DNA of 64,000 nt from Phycisphaerales bacterium (GTDB lineage: Bacteria > Planctomycetota > Phycisphaerae > WQYP01), in the NCBI GenBank assembly GCA_027451365.1, contig DAIDJN010000034.1:1-64000 (forward strand), read 5' to 3'. Made by a program: the position numbers and the translations under genes. A model generated the notes under the pieces. It was not told where the DNA came from. It worked only from the letters and a program-made list of their open reading frames with translations, and ran no database searches. The first letter of the stretch is position 1; each line of letters starts with the position of its first letter. Below, in pieces: positions 51,679 to 61,184 of this stretch.

Positions 51679-52590
51679 ATGGTGAATTCCGCCGAGTTGA
51701 CCATCGTTATCCCGGCCTATCGATGCGCCCGCTATCTCCCGGCAACCGTCCGCAGCGCCCTTGAATGCGCCGGCACCGAAATACTGATTGCGGAGGACGC
51801 CAGCGGCGACGGAACGGTGCAGGTTGCTCGCCAGATAAACCGCCAATTTCCGGACCGCGTCAGACTCATTGAAAACACCAGAAATCTAGGAATGACGGCA
51901 AATTGGCGAAATGCTTTCGAGCAGGTCCGGACGCCTTGGGCATTAAAACTTGACGGCGACGACCTTATCAATCCGGCCTACCTCGCCGCCGCACTTTCGA
52001 TCATAAGGACACAGTCGAATTTTATGGTAATAGCGGGCGGCTTAGAGGAAATAGGCCCTGACGCCTACCTGGCAGAACCTCCTCCGTCCCATTCAATTAA
52101 TCCGGAATCGTTCAAATCGTACGCGGGAATCGACGCACTACGCGTCTGTATGGCTTGGACGCCCGTACCGTGCTCATCAAGCATGATCTTTAACATGGAC
52201 ATTTATCAGCGCGTAGGAGGATTCGCCTCCGCCCTGAGCTGGTGCCCAGACAGAGAAATATGGTTCCGATTGGCCCGCCACGGCCCAATAGTGATTTGCG
52301 AAGGGCTAGCAGCCTTTTATCGAGTACTACCTGAAAGCATTACCGCGATTACAAAGCGGGCCGACCGGCAATGTTTCGAGCACAGTCAAATGTTCCGCCT
52401 AGCCGAGCGATTCTGGCCTGAGCCAGCGGCCCGCAAACTCTTCCGCCGCGTCTTCTTCCGATCCAGTGGATCGTTTGTGAAATCCGCTTGGCGAGCGCTC
52501 CTGCGAGCACGCGCCCAGGAAATACCCGACCGGCTTGGCAGCGGTGCCCGTGACCTTTTCCGAGCAGTCCGCAGTTTTTGCCGACAATAG
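51679..52590 (+). CDS. Glycosyltransferase family 2
   Basis: IVIPAY, EDASGDGT, LDGDD and DREIWFRL. Confidence 0.92.
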   Translation: MVNSAELTIVIPAYRCARYLPATVRSALECAGTEILIAEDASGDGTVQVARQINRQFPDRVRLIENTRNLGMTANWRNAFEQVRTPWALKLDGDDLINPAYLAAALSIIRTQSNFMVIAGGLEEIGPDAYLAEPPPSHSINPESFKSYAGIDALRVCMAWTPVPCSSSMIFNMDIYQRVGGFASALSWCPDREIWFRLARHGPIVICEGLAAFYRVLPESITAITKRADRQCFEHSQMFRLAERFWPEPAARKLFRRVFFRSSGSFVKSAWRALLRARAQEIPDRLGSGARDLFRAVRSFCRQ

Positions 52591-52716
52591 TTGAGCGAAT
52601 CCAGATTGGCTCTGCGAACACACCGCCCTAGACGTCACAATGGGGAGAGCCAAGATTTGATCGTTGACGACGTTCCAACACTTTCCAATAGGCCGTCTAA
52701 AAAAATAAACAAATAT

Positions 52717-52744
52717 TTGACAAGACGGTAGAAATGTTTATAGT
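52717..52744 (+). promoter_or_regulatory. Putative sigma70 promoter
   Basis: TTGACA-N16-TATAGT, preceded by an A-rich UP-like tract. Confidence 0.6.
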
Positions 52745-53153
52745 TTGGTGTATCAATTCGGCGCCCTACCGTTGACGGATGGAGGTGCCGACCGCTCAAG
52801 GAAGTGGGCGATGGCGAGAGGGAAGGATTCCCAAATCACAGCCAGAAACAATTGCAGATGGCGTCTCGGCCTGGCGCAGATCCGACTATGTCTCGCGCGA
52901 CCGAAAAGGGCATCGCCCGGCGCATCTCTGAGGCTCATTAAAATCGCATCTGGAGGATGCCCAAGGCCTGCGCGACTTGGCGTTAGAAGAAATATGCGTT
53001 GGGCCGCAGGCAGTCTTTTAAGAATTTATAGTGTATGCGATTCGACCGTTATTTAATTGAGGCGGCTTGATCGTCAACTGAAATCCTTCGCTTTTTTTCG
53101 CGCGTCCGACTGGATGCGGAAGGCGGTTTTGTCTGAACGGAAGGAGTGCCCCA

Positions 53154-54035
53154 ATGAAACGCTTAACATTCCTGTGCCTTGTCGCTGCATCCGCCTCACC
53201 CTTCTTGGAAATGTCACCACCAGCGCGTGCCCAGAGCTCGATCGTATGGAGTTCGCCCGAGGCCATCACAAGCGCGGATTCGACCCTTACGCAGAAGGGC
53301 ACCATCCAAAGCGCGACGGGATGGGGCTACACCTCCGCCAATATTGTGACGCTCTCAAACGGGACGACAATAAACTTTCTGCCCGGGACAATTAACAGCG
53401 CGGGCAACCCAGCGCCATCAGGGGCGGCGGATACCAGCGGTGATGGCGCCGCGTCCCCCGCCAATTTCAATCCCTCAAGTGGGAATTTGACCTTCGACAA
53501 AGTCCTAAACGGGTTCGTATATGATGGCGGCCCGCACACAATAACGCTTTTCGGATTGACCACGGGCGTCCAATACAGTGTGCAGCTATTCGCACTGGAC
53601 GACCGGGGTACTGAAAATGGGTCGGGCGCAATCTTACAAAGAATCGCGGATTTCCAAGCCCCCGGCAGTGCGAGCGACGCCTCGTATTTCGTACCGATGG
53701 CTGCCAACGATTATGTTATTGGCACATTCACGGCCAATGGCCAAACTCAGGAAATCATTGAGAATTTCTTCAATTCACCATACTACAATCCAAATTCGAT
53801 CGCCTGGATGCAGGACATGACCGCCGCAACCCTCGGCAATATCAACGCCCTGGTGGTCCGCCAGCTCACTCCGAACCCGCCCATTCCCGCCCAATCTGCC
53901 GTTCCCCTCCCCTCATCATTTTGCCTGGCCCTAATCGGCACATTTGTGCTATTCTTGAATCGCCGGGCAAAAACCAGGAAAGTCAAAGTAATGGCCGGTC
54001 CTGCTGATTCCCGATTGGCAGCCGTCAGCGCGTAA
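53154..54035 (+). CDS. Secreted protein with a VPLP-type (PEP-CTERM variant) sorting signal
   Basis: AAGGAG SD, signal peptide, C-terminal AVPLPSSFCLALIGTFVLFLNRRAK. Confidence 0.85.
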   Translation: MKRLTFLCLVAASASPFLEMSPPARAQSSIVWSSPEAITSADSTLTQKGTIQSATGWGYTSANIVTLSNGTTINFLPGTINSAGNPAPSGAADTSGDGAASPANFNPSSGNLTFDKVLNGFVYDGGPHTITLFGLTTGVQYSVQLFALDDRGTENGSGAILQRIADFQAPGSASDASYFVPMAANDYVIGTFTANGQTQEIIENFFNSPYYNPNSIAWMQDMTAATLGNINALVVRQLTPNPPIPAQSAVPLPSSFCLALIGTFVLFLNRRAKTRKVKVMAGPADSRLAAVSA

Positions 54036-54671
54036 TCTCAGGAATTGCTTTCGATAATACCCAAGAGTCTGGTAATCAATCCAGTTACCCCAAACGGCAA
54101 ATACCTATGATTTATATGAACGACTATTAAGATTCGCGTCCGCCGGAACCGCAGTTCTTGCATTAAAAATCAACGAATCGTAATTTCGGTAATTGACAGG
54201 TAAATAACCCGTGAACCCAACCGCCCCCAAAGGTCGTTAAAAAGGGACGCCCCACATCCAAACGCCAGGCTTGGAGGCTTGATCATGGCGAGCCGGTACG
54301 TCACTAAGGCTGCAGACGGCCACCCAATCAAAGTGAAGCGCCGTCCCGGAACCCGGGAAACGGACCGAATATTCCGAAGCAAGATTGCTGAAATATTTTC
54401 GAAATGACCATCCTGAAAAACAAAGGAGATACAGCGCATCTCCCCCCAGCTAGGTGGCTCTTTAATTTTTTCACTTGCCACAATCCACGCCACCGGCAAT
54501 CAGCAACGCTGCCGAGTTTGTCTAAACGGCCGCATTTCATAAGAATCCGGGAACATTCTAATGCTCTGTCACATCAGAATGTTAGGATTGGCAAGGAATC
54601 CCGACCTTTTCCGGTGTGTCTTTCGCGAGTCAGTCTCCCCAAAATTTAACGGTGACAGAGCACTATGCCCA

Positions 54672-55829
54672 TCAGTCAACTGCGGCCTTCAATTTCAGCA
54701 TTTCCGCATAGAAATCTCGAAGTTTACCGACCGTTAAGCCGGGATCCAGCCTCTCCAAAACCCAGCGACGGCCAAAAATTCCCAATTGTCGACGCCGCGG
54801 CTCGTCGGAAAGTACCCGTAGAATGGATTCGCCAATCGACCATGAAGTGGGGTCAGCAATGCAGCCCGCCCCGCTGGCCATTATCTCTTTATGGACCGCG
54901 ACATCCGGAGTAAGAACGACCGGCGTCTCGCACGCAACTACTTCCACCGCGACCCTGTCGATCCCCTCAACGGCACCAGTCGCTACTAGAACGTCGGCTC
55001 GCCGGTAAAGCGAAAGCAGTGAAGCGCCCGCAATCGTCGGCAAGAAATGGACACTTCCCGCGTCTCCGCAGGAAGTCCTCAGGCCCTGAATTTTTTGGGC
55101 GAACCGCACGCTGTCATCGCCAACGAATATCATTTGAGCCCGGGGAAAACGCGACAGCACGGTCTCGAACGCCCCCACCAGAACCGCGTAGATCCCGCTG
55201 CCTACCTCGGCGGTGGCGAGGCTTAGGACCCACGGGCCATCCCTCCGAATTGCCGGAGCAAGCAACTCAGCAATTTCCAATTCCGGCAGCCTTTCATAGA
55301 AGCAAGGGCTAAGCGCAAATGGTTGAACAAACCCCGGAACTCTCGTTGAAAGAATTTGCCGACTGACCTCAAATTCCATCTGACTGGCAAAATGAAATCC
55401 CGAAACCTGCCGCGCAGCCCGAAGGGCCAAACTACGTGAAACATATCTCAAAACCGACCGGGGCGGTCCCAGGAAACGGGAAATCAAATACCCGTGAGGC
55501 GAACAGACGACTGGCTTTCCAAGCCTCCGTGCTGAGGCAATCGCAGGAACACATGGAACTTGAGACAGACCATGAACATGAACAATATCCGCTAGCGCTA
55601 CCAGATCATCCAGGTCCTCGCAGCGGGATCCTAGAAGGGCCTGCCCCTTGGTTAGACAGACCTCGCGGCCTCGCTCCGCAGCAAGCCCATTGGCCTGCTC
55701 GCCGCCAGCGAGCAGCCAGACAATGGAGCTCTCGAAGCCAGAGGTTCTCAACCAGAAGGTCAAATCGTTGACGCCGTAGGCTGTCAACCCGGCCGACCGA
55801 TCACTGCGGGCGACATGAAGGATGTGCAT
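54672..55829 (-). CDS. Divergent glycosyltransferase family 4
   Basis: MHILHV, IVHVHGL, CSPHG and EGIDRVAVEVVACETPVV. Confidence 0.82.
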   Translation of the reverse strand: MHILHVARSDRSAGLTAYGVNDLTFWLRTSGFESSIVWLLAGGEQANGLAAERGREVCLTKGQALLGSRCEDLDDLVALADIVHVHGLSQVPCVPAIASARRLGKPVVCSPHGYLISRFLGPPRSVLRYVSRSLALRAARQVSGFHFASQMEFEVSRQILSTRVPGFVQPFALSPCFYERLPELEIAELLAPAIRRDGPWVLSLATAEVGSGIYAVLVGAFETVLSRFPRAQMIFVGDDSVRFAQKIQGLRTSCGDAGSVHFLPTIAGASLLSLYRRADVLVATGAVEGIDRVAVEVVACETPVVLTPDVAVHKEIMASGAGCIADPTSWSIGESILRVLSDEPRRRQLGIFGRRWVLERLDPGLTVGKLRDFYAEMLKLKAAVD

Positions 55830-55891
55830 TTCGCGGTCACTCCAAAACGTATTGAGCGATAGTATATCAGGTAAAAAAGCTAAAGCTGGAC

Positions 55892-56608
55892 ACGGATGGG
55901 ACCTTGGATATCGCCGGGAGGTTGGGGGCGAAAATTGTCCAGCGGCGATGGGATGACGAAGCCACCCACCTGAACTGGGCGGCAACCCATATCGATTTTG
56001 GCCGCCCTTGGGTCCTGCATTTTGACGCCGATGAACGCATGACGCCGGAACTCTGGACGGAAATGACCTCCCGCACAGCCGCGGCCACGGATTCGGCTGC
56101 TTTTGAAATGCGCCGCAAGGATATGTTCATGGGAACATGGATACGCCACAGCAGCTTTTATCCCTGCTGGTTTGCGCGGCTTTATCAGCCGCCGAAAATC
56201 CGCTGGGAACGTGTCATCAACCCGGTCACGATTGTCGATGGCCCCATTGGACGCCTCGACGGTCATTTTTTTCACTATCCGTTCAGCAAGGGAACCGGCG
56301 GGTGGTTTGCGCGCCATATTAAATATGCCGAAGGAGAGGCGGCGGAACTGCTTAAATCCGATTTGCAGCCGATTCAGTGGAATAAACTGCTCTCGGGAGG
56401 GCAGGACCGGCGCCGAGAACTTAAACGGCTGTTTTACCGCATGCCGGCCCGACCCATGATTAAATTTCTGGTGTTGTATTTACTCCGCCGCGGCTTTCTG
56501 GATGGGCGGGCCGGGTATCATTATGCGCGGATGCAATCAGTTTATGAATATATGATTCACTTGCGCGTCCTGGAGGAAAAACGCCGCGCCGCGGGCCAGC
56601 CGGTTTAG
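55892..56608 (+). pseudogene. 5'-truncated glycosyltransferase family 2 (beta-1,4-glucosyltransferase-like)
   Basis: Homology begins mid-domain at TDGTLDIA; has DADE and GFLDGRAG; an in-frame TGA at 55853 leaves no room for the N-terminal strand. Confidence 0.75.
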
Positions 56609-56894
56609 ACTCTGCAACTGGAATGGGCGTATTGATTCGCCACCATTTAGCGGACACCTCCACTTTTTCGGTGGAGGCCACCATGACTCCGGGCTTCCAA
56701 CCGCCGCTATTCAGGAATGGGTGAAGGGACAACAATAAAGTTCCGCAGCCACAAGCAATTGCGGCGACGACCCACACGGTAGGCATGAATTTCAGATATT
56801 CCGCCGACCGGTATTTTTGCGTTTCTAAGGTGTTTACGCTAGATTGCCCGGTTTGTGTGAATTTCCCCTGGCGGGGAGAAGTGCTTGGAATGTT

Positions 56895-58103
56895 ATGGGT
56901 TTGATTTTACAGAAATTCGGCGGAACATCGGTGGCCACGGCGGAGAAAATCCATGCCGCGGCGGCGAAAGTTGTAGCTGCTAAAATCGCCGGAAATAAGG
57001 TGGTGGTGGTCGTATCGGCAATGGGGCACGCGACAGATGAACTGCTGGAACTGGCCCGGCAAGTCTGCCCGAATCCACCTAAACGTGAACTTGACCAGCT
57101 TCTGGCGACCGGCGAACAGGTCACTATTGCCCTGATTGCCATGGCCCTGCACCAGCAGGGGCATGAGGCGATCAGTTTCACCGGCGGCCAGATAGGGCTG
57201 ATTACGGATAATGTTCACAGCAAGGCACGCATCCGCGAAATAGATAAAAAGCGGATTGAGGCGGAACTTGAGGCCGGCAAGATTGTGATTGTGGCCGGTT
57301 TCCAGGGAGTCACGGAAAAAGGAGATGTGACCACCTTGGGCCGGGGCGGCAGCAACGCCACGCTGGTGGCCCTGGGGGCGGTTTTAGGCGGTGCGTGCGA
57401 AAACTTCACCGATGTGGATGGCGTATTCACCGCCGACCCGCGCATTGTGAAAAACGCCCGCAAGATAGATCAGATCAGTTATGATGAAATGATGGAATTA
57501 TCCAGCGTAGGGGCCGGCGTACTGCAGACCCGTGCGGTGGAATTTGCCAAGAAATACAATGTGCCGATTCATGTCCGTAACAGCGGGCACGACCGGCCGG
57601 GAACCTGGATTGTCGCGGAGACCAAGGCGATGGAACATGTTGTGGTGGCGGGATGCGCCCTGAAAAAAGACCTGACGCGCATTACGCTGAAAAATATCCC
57701 AGACCGGCCGGGTATTGTGGCCCGCATTTTTACCGCGGTCGCTGAACACAATATTGTGGTGGATGACATTATTCAAAACGTGATGGATGACAAGACGGCC
57801 AATATCAGTTTCACGGTTGAACATGGCGATCTGGCGGACCTGAAGCCTGTGGTGGATCGACTGACGGTGGAACTGGGCGGATCAGCCACCTATGAAAAGG
57901 ACCTGGCCAAAGTTTCCGCGGTGGGCGTCGGAATGAAGCAGGCCACTGGCGTGGCGGGCACCATGTTTTCCGCCCTGGCTAGCGAGGGCATTAACATTCA
58001 GAATATTTCCACCAGCGAAATCAGAATCAGTTGCACCGTGGCGCGGCAGGATGCCGACAAGGCGCTGCGGGCGGTTCATGCCGCCTTTGGACTTGGCAGC
58101 TGA
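56895..58103 (+). CDS. lysC: Aspartate kinase
   Basis: QKFGGTSV, VVSAMG, AGFQG, TTLGRGGS, two ACT domains and STSEI. Confidence 0.96.
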   Translation: MGLILQKFGGTSVATAEKIHAAAAKVVAAKIAGNKVVVVVSAMGHATDELLELARQVCPNPPKRELDQLLATGEQVTIALIAMALHQQGHEAISFTGGQIGLITDNVHSKARIREIDKKRIEAELEAGKIVIVAGFQGVTEKGDVTTLGRGGSNATLVALGAVLGGACENFTDVDGVFTADPRIVKNARKIDQISYDEMMELSSVGAGVLQTRAVEFAKKYNVPIHVRNSGHDRPGTWIVAETKAMEHVVVAGCALKKDLTRITLKNIPDRPGIVARIFTAVAEHNIVVDDIIQNVMDDKTANISFTVEHGDLADLKPVVDRLTVELGGSATYEKDLAKVSAVGVGMKQATGVAGTMFSALASEGINIQNISTSEIRISCTVARQDADKALRAVHAAFGLGS

Positions 58104-58229
58104 TCCGCACCGCCAGCGCGTACGACATATTTTGCACAGGAGAGCCGCCCTGCGGGCGGCCGACAGGATGCATGCTTTTCCGGCGACGATAGTGTATTGA
58201 TTCGCCGCAAGCCTGGAGTCGCGGTTCAC

Positions 58230-59180
58230 ATGACGCTGTTGACTATCAGAACAGACCCCCCGTCGGCTGCGGCCCCTGCATCGCCCATGCGGCTGGCCTG
58301 GCTGCGATTCGGAGACAACCGGCTGGGGATAGCGGGTCTGGTCGGCCTGACGATTCTGGCGATGCTGTGTTACGGCACGCTTCCCTGGACCTTAACGCAT
58401 TACAACCAGCAGAATCTGCACAACGTGCTTCAATCGCCGGACGCGGCACACTGGATGGGGACGGATCGGCTGGGGCGGGATTTATTCTGCCGGTTTCTGC
58501 TGGGCGGGGCCATTTCGCTGTTTATCGGCCTGGCTTCGGCCGCAATTGCCGTCAGCATCGGCGTTGTCGTGGGGCTGGTTGCCGGGTACACGGGCGGCCG
58601 AACCGATGCGTTTCTGATGCGTAGTGTGGATGTGCTGTATGGCCTGCCGAATATTCTGCTGGTGATTCTGCTTAGGGTGGCCCTGCTTGGTCGTGTAGGC
58701 GGCTGGCTGGGCGCGGCGGGCGTGCGGCAGCCGCAGACTTTTGCGGGACTTCTGGTTTTGCTTGTGGGAATTGGGGCGGTCAGTTGGCTGACCATGGCGC
58801 GGGTGGTTCGCAGCGGAGTCATGAGCCTGCGTGACCAGCCCTTTGTGGAGGCGGCCCGAGCGATGGGCCTTGGTCCGATGCGCATCATGTTTCGGCATAT
58901 TCTGCCCAATCTGGTCAGTTCGGTGGTGGTGTACGCCACCTTGACGGTTCCCGGAGCGATATTGAGCGAATCATTTTTAAGTTTTCTGGGATTGGGAGTT
59001 CAGCCCCCGCTGCCAACATGGGGAAATCTTGCGTCCGCGGGTGTGGGTGATATCAATCCGATTCATACACACTGGTGGCTGATATTCTGGCCGTGCGCGG
59101 GGCTGGGAATGGGCCTGTTGTGCCTGAATTTTGTGGGCGATGCCCTGCGGGATGCGCTGGACCCGCGCACAAGACCCTGA
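58230..59180 (+). CDS. Peptide/nickel ABC transporter permease (OppC/DppC-like)
   Basis: HWMGTDRLGRD, FVEAARAMG, RHILPN and GDALRDALDPR. Confidence 0.93.
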   Translation: MTLLTIRTDPPSAAAPASPMRLAWLRFGDNRLGIAGLVGLTILAMLCYGTLPWTLTHYNQQNLHNVLQSPDAAHWMGTDRLGRDLFCRFLLGGAISLFIGLASAAIAVSIGVVVGLVAGYTGGRTDAFLMRSVDVLYGLPNILLVILLRVALLGRVGGWLGAAGVRQPQTFAGLLVLLVGIGAVSWLTMARVVRSGVMSLRDQPFVEAARAMGLGPMRIMFRHILPNLVSSVVVYATLTVPGAILSESFLSFLGLGVQPPLPTWGNLASAGVGDINPIHTHWWLIFWPCAGLGMGLLCLNFVGDALRDALDPRTRP

Positions 59181-59291
59181 TTTGCGGTTAGAATTCCGGC
59201 ACGGAAAAGCGGGGCGGCCGGTTGACCGCCCGCACACAAAGGCCGGCAAGCCCTTCGGGCACCGGTTTGCTCAAAACGCATGGGAGCCTGC

Positions 59292-61142
59292 ATGGGCAAT
59301 CGCTTCACGGTCAAGGACTTTATATTTCTGGTGATCATGCTGGCGTTGCTGTTGCTGATCGGTCTAACGATGGGGCAATACAGCTACCAGGGACGGCAGA
59401 TTGTGTCGCTGCGCAAGGCGATACAAACTCTGAATCAGCAGCAGGGCATGGAAATTCAACTGCTGCGTAAAATTTCCGCCGGTGGCACTGCCATCGGCCA
59501 CGCCACCGCCACACCGGCGCGGGCCAGCGTCCGCAAAACCCTGCCCGACGGCGATCGCTATGTATTTTTCCCGAATCCTCCGATATCGCCGCACAATCCC
59601 TACTCCCGCCCGGACTACGCCCCCGGCGACTGGCTGGTGCTGAATCTGGATGCGGAACCCAACCGCATCATGCCCTATGTACCGCAAAGCCTGGCGGCAA
59701 TGGACGTTCAAAACTGGGTACTCGAGTCCCTGCTGGTGCGCAACCCAGACACCTTGAGGTTTGATCCGTGGCTGGCGCGGTGGTACCGCGTCAGCAAAAA
59801 TGGCCTGAAGATCACCTTTCGCCTTCGCAAGCGGGCGAAATTTTCCAACGGCCAGCCGGTGACGGCGCAGGATGTCGTATTCTCTTATCAGACGATCATG
59901 AATCCGGGAATTAATTGCGCCCCGATTCGCGGCTATTTTGATGATGTGAAAACGTGCGTTGCCGTCGGCCGGCGCACAGTCATTTTCACGTTCAAAAAGC
60001 CTTATTTTAAATCGCTTGAAGAAGTGGGGGAAATGCAGATCATTCCGGAAAATGTGTATAAATTCAAACAACCCGGAGATTTTAATCACAACGGACGCGT
60101 GCTGGTGGGAAGCGGACCGTATATCCTGAAGCGCTGGACACCGGGACAAAGCATCGTTCTGGCGCGCAATCCGTATTACTGGGGCCCCCCACCGACGTTT
60201 AACCGCATCGTGATGCGATTTATTCAGAATCCGCAGGCGGCTTTGCAGGCTTTTCTGGCCGGCCAGATTGATGTGGACAGCCTGGAACCTTCGCAATGGG
60301 TTAAATACAAAAAGCAGCCGGACTTTGCGAAAAAATATATCCGCTACAAATACATGCTGCCCACATCAGGCTACAGCTACATTGGCTGGAATCTGCGAAA
60401 ACCGTGGTTCAAAGACCGCCAAACCCGCACCGCTCTGACGATGCTGGTCAACCAACCGGCCATGATCAAAACATTTTTGTATGGTCTGGCACAACAAACC
60501 ACCGGCCCCTTTAATCCACTTTCGCCGCAAAACGATCCTTCCATCCGACCGCTTCCCTACGCCCCGGCGGCGGCGGAAAAACTGCTGGCCAAGGCCGGCT
60601 GGAAAAGGGGTTCTGCCGGCGTGCTGGAACGCGATGGCGTGACATTTCATTTTTCGCTGACCATTCCGTCACAGTTTCCACTGGGTCAGCGCATGGCGGA
60701 ATATATCAAGTCGGCATTCGCCCGCGCCGGTGTGGACATGACCATCCAACCGCTTGATTTCGCGTCCATGATCACCAATCTCAACCATCGCAAATTCGAT
60801 GCGGTCATGATTTCCTGGAGCGGCGGCATTGAACAGGACCCTTATCAGATATTTGATTCCGCATCCTTTGCTCATGAGGGAAGCAATGCCGGAGATTATG
60901 ACGACCCGGAAGCCGACCGGCTGATCGCACTGGGGCGCCGGGAAATGAACCTGCCCAAACGCATGGCGATATGGCATCAACTTCAAGGCGTGATTTATCA
61001 TGACCAGCCGTACATGTTCATGTTTACATTTTACAGCCTCAGTGTCATCAACCACCGGTTTAAAAACACGCGCCCGTATAGAAAACTGGGCCTGAATGAA
61101 GGTGACTGGTATGTCCCTCTGGCGGCGCAGAAATACCACTGA
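59292..61142 (+). CDS. Peptide ABC transporter substrate-binding protein (family 5), membrane anchored
   Basis: PWLA, FSNGQPVTAQDV, GSGPY and YIGWN. Confidence 0.92.
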   Translation: MGNRFTVKDFIFLVIMLALLLLIGLTMGQYSYQGRQIVSLRKAIQTLNQQQGMEIQLLRKISAGGTAIGHATATPARASVRKTLPDGDRYVFFPNPPISPHNPYSRPDYAPGDWLVLNLDAEPNRIMPYVPQSLAAMDVQNWVLESLLVRNPDTLRFDPWLARWYRVSKNGLKITFRLRKRAKFSNGQPVTAQDVVFSYQTIMNPGINCAPIRGYFDDVKTCVAVGRRTVIFTFKKPYFKSLEEVGEMQIIPENVYKFKQPGDFNHNGRVLVGSGPYILKRWTPGQSIVLARNPYYWGPPPTFNRIVMRFIQNPQAALQAFLAGQIDVDSLEPSQWVKYKKQPDFAKKYIRYKYMLPTSGYSYIGWNLRKPWFKDRQTRTALTMLVNQPAMIKTFLYGLAQQTTGPFNPLSPQNDPSIRPLPYAPAAAEKLLAKAGWKRGSAGVLERDGVTFHFSLTIPSQFPLGQRMAEYIKSAFARAGVDMTIQPLDFASMITNLNHRKFDAVMISWSGGIEQDPYQIFDSASFAHEGSNAGDYDDPEADRLIALGRREMNLPKRMAIWHQLQGVIYHDQPYMFMFTFYSLSVINHRFKNTRPYRKLGLNEGDWYVPLAAQKYH

Positions 61143-61184
61143 CGCGACCTGCTGAAAGCAGTTGTTCATAAACGGACAAACGCA

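Noticed and set aside
56609..56894. Lysine riboswitch upstream of lysC
   Set aside because: Hairpins are present, but the AGAGGTGC, AGTA and GCCGAA consensus elements are absent.
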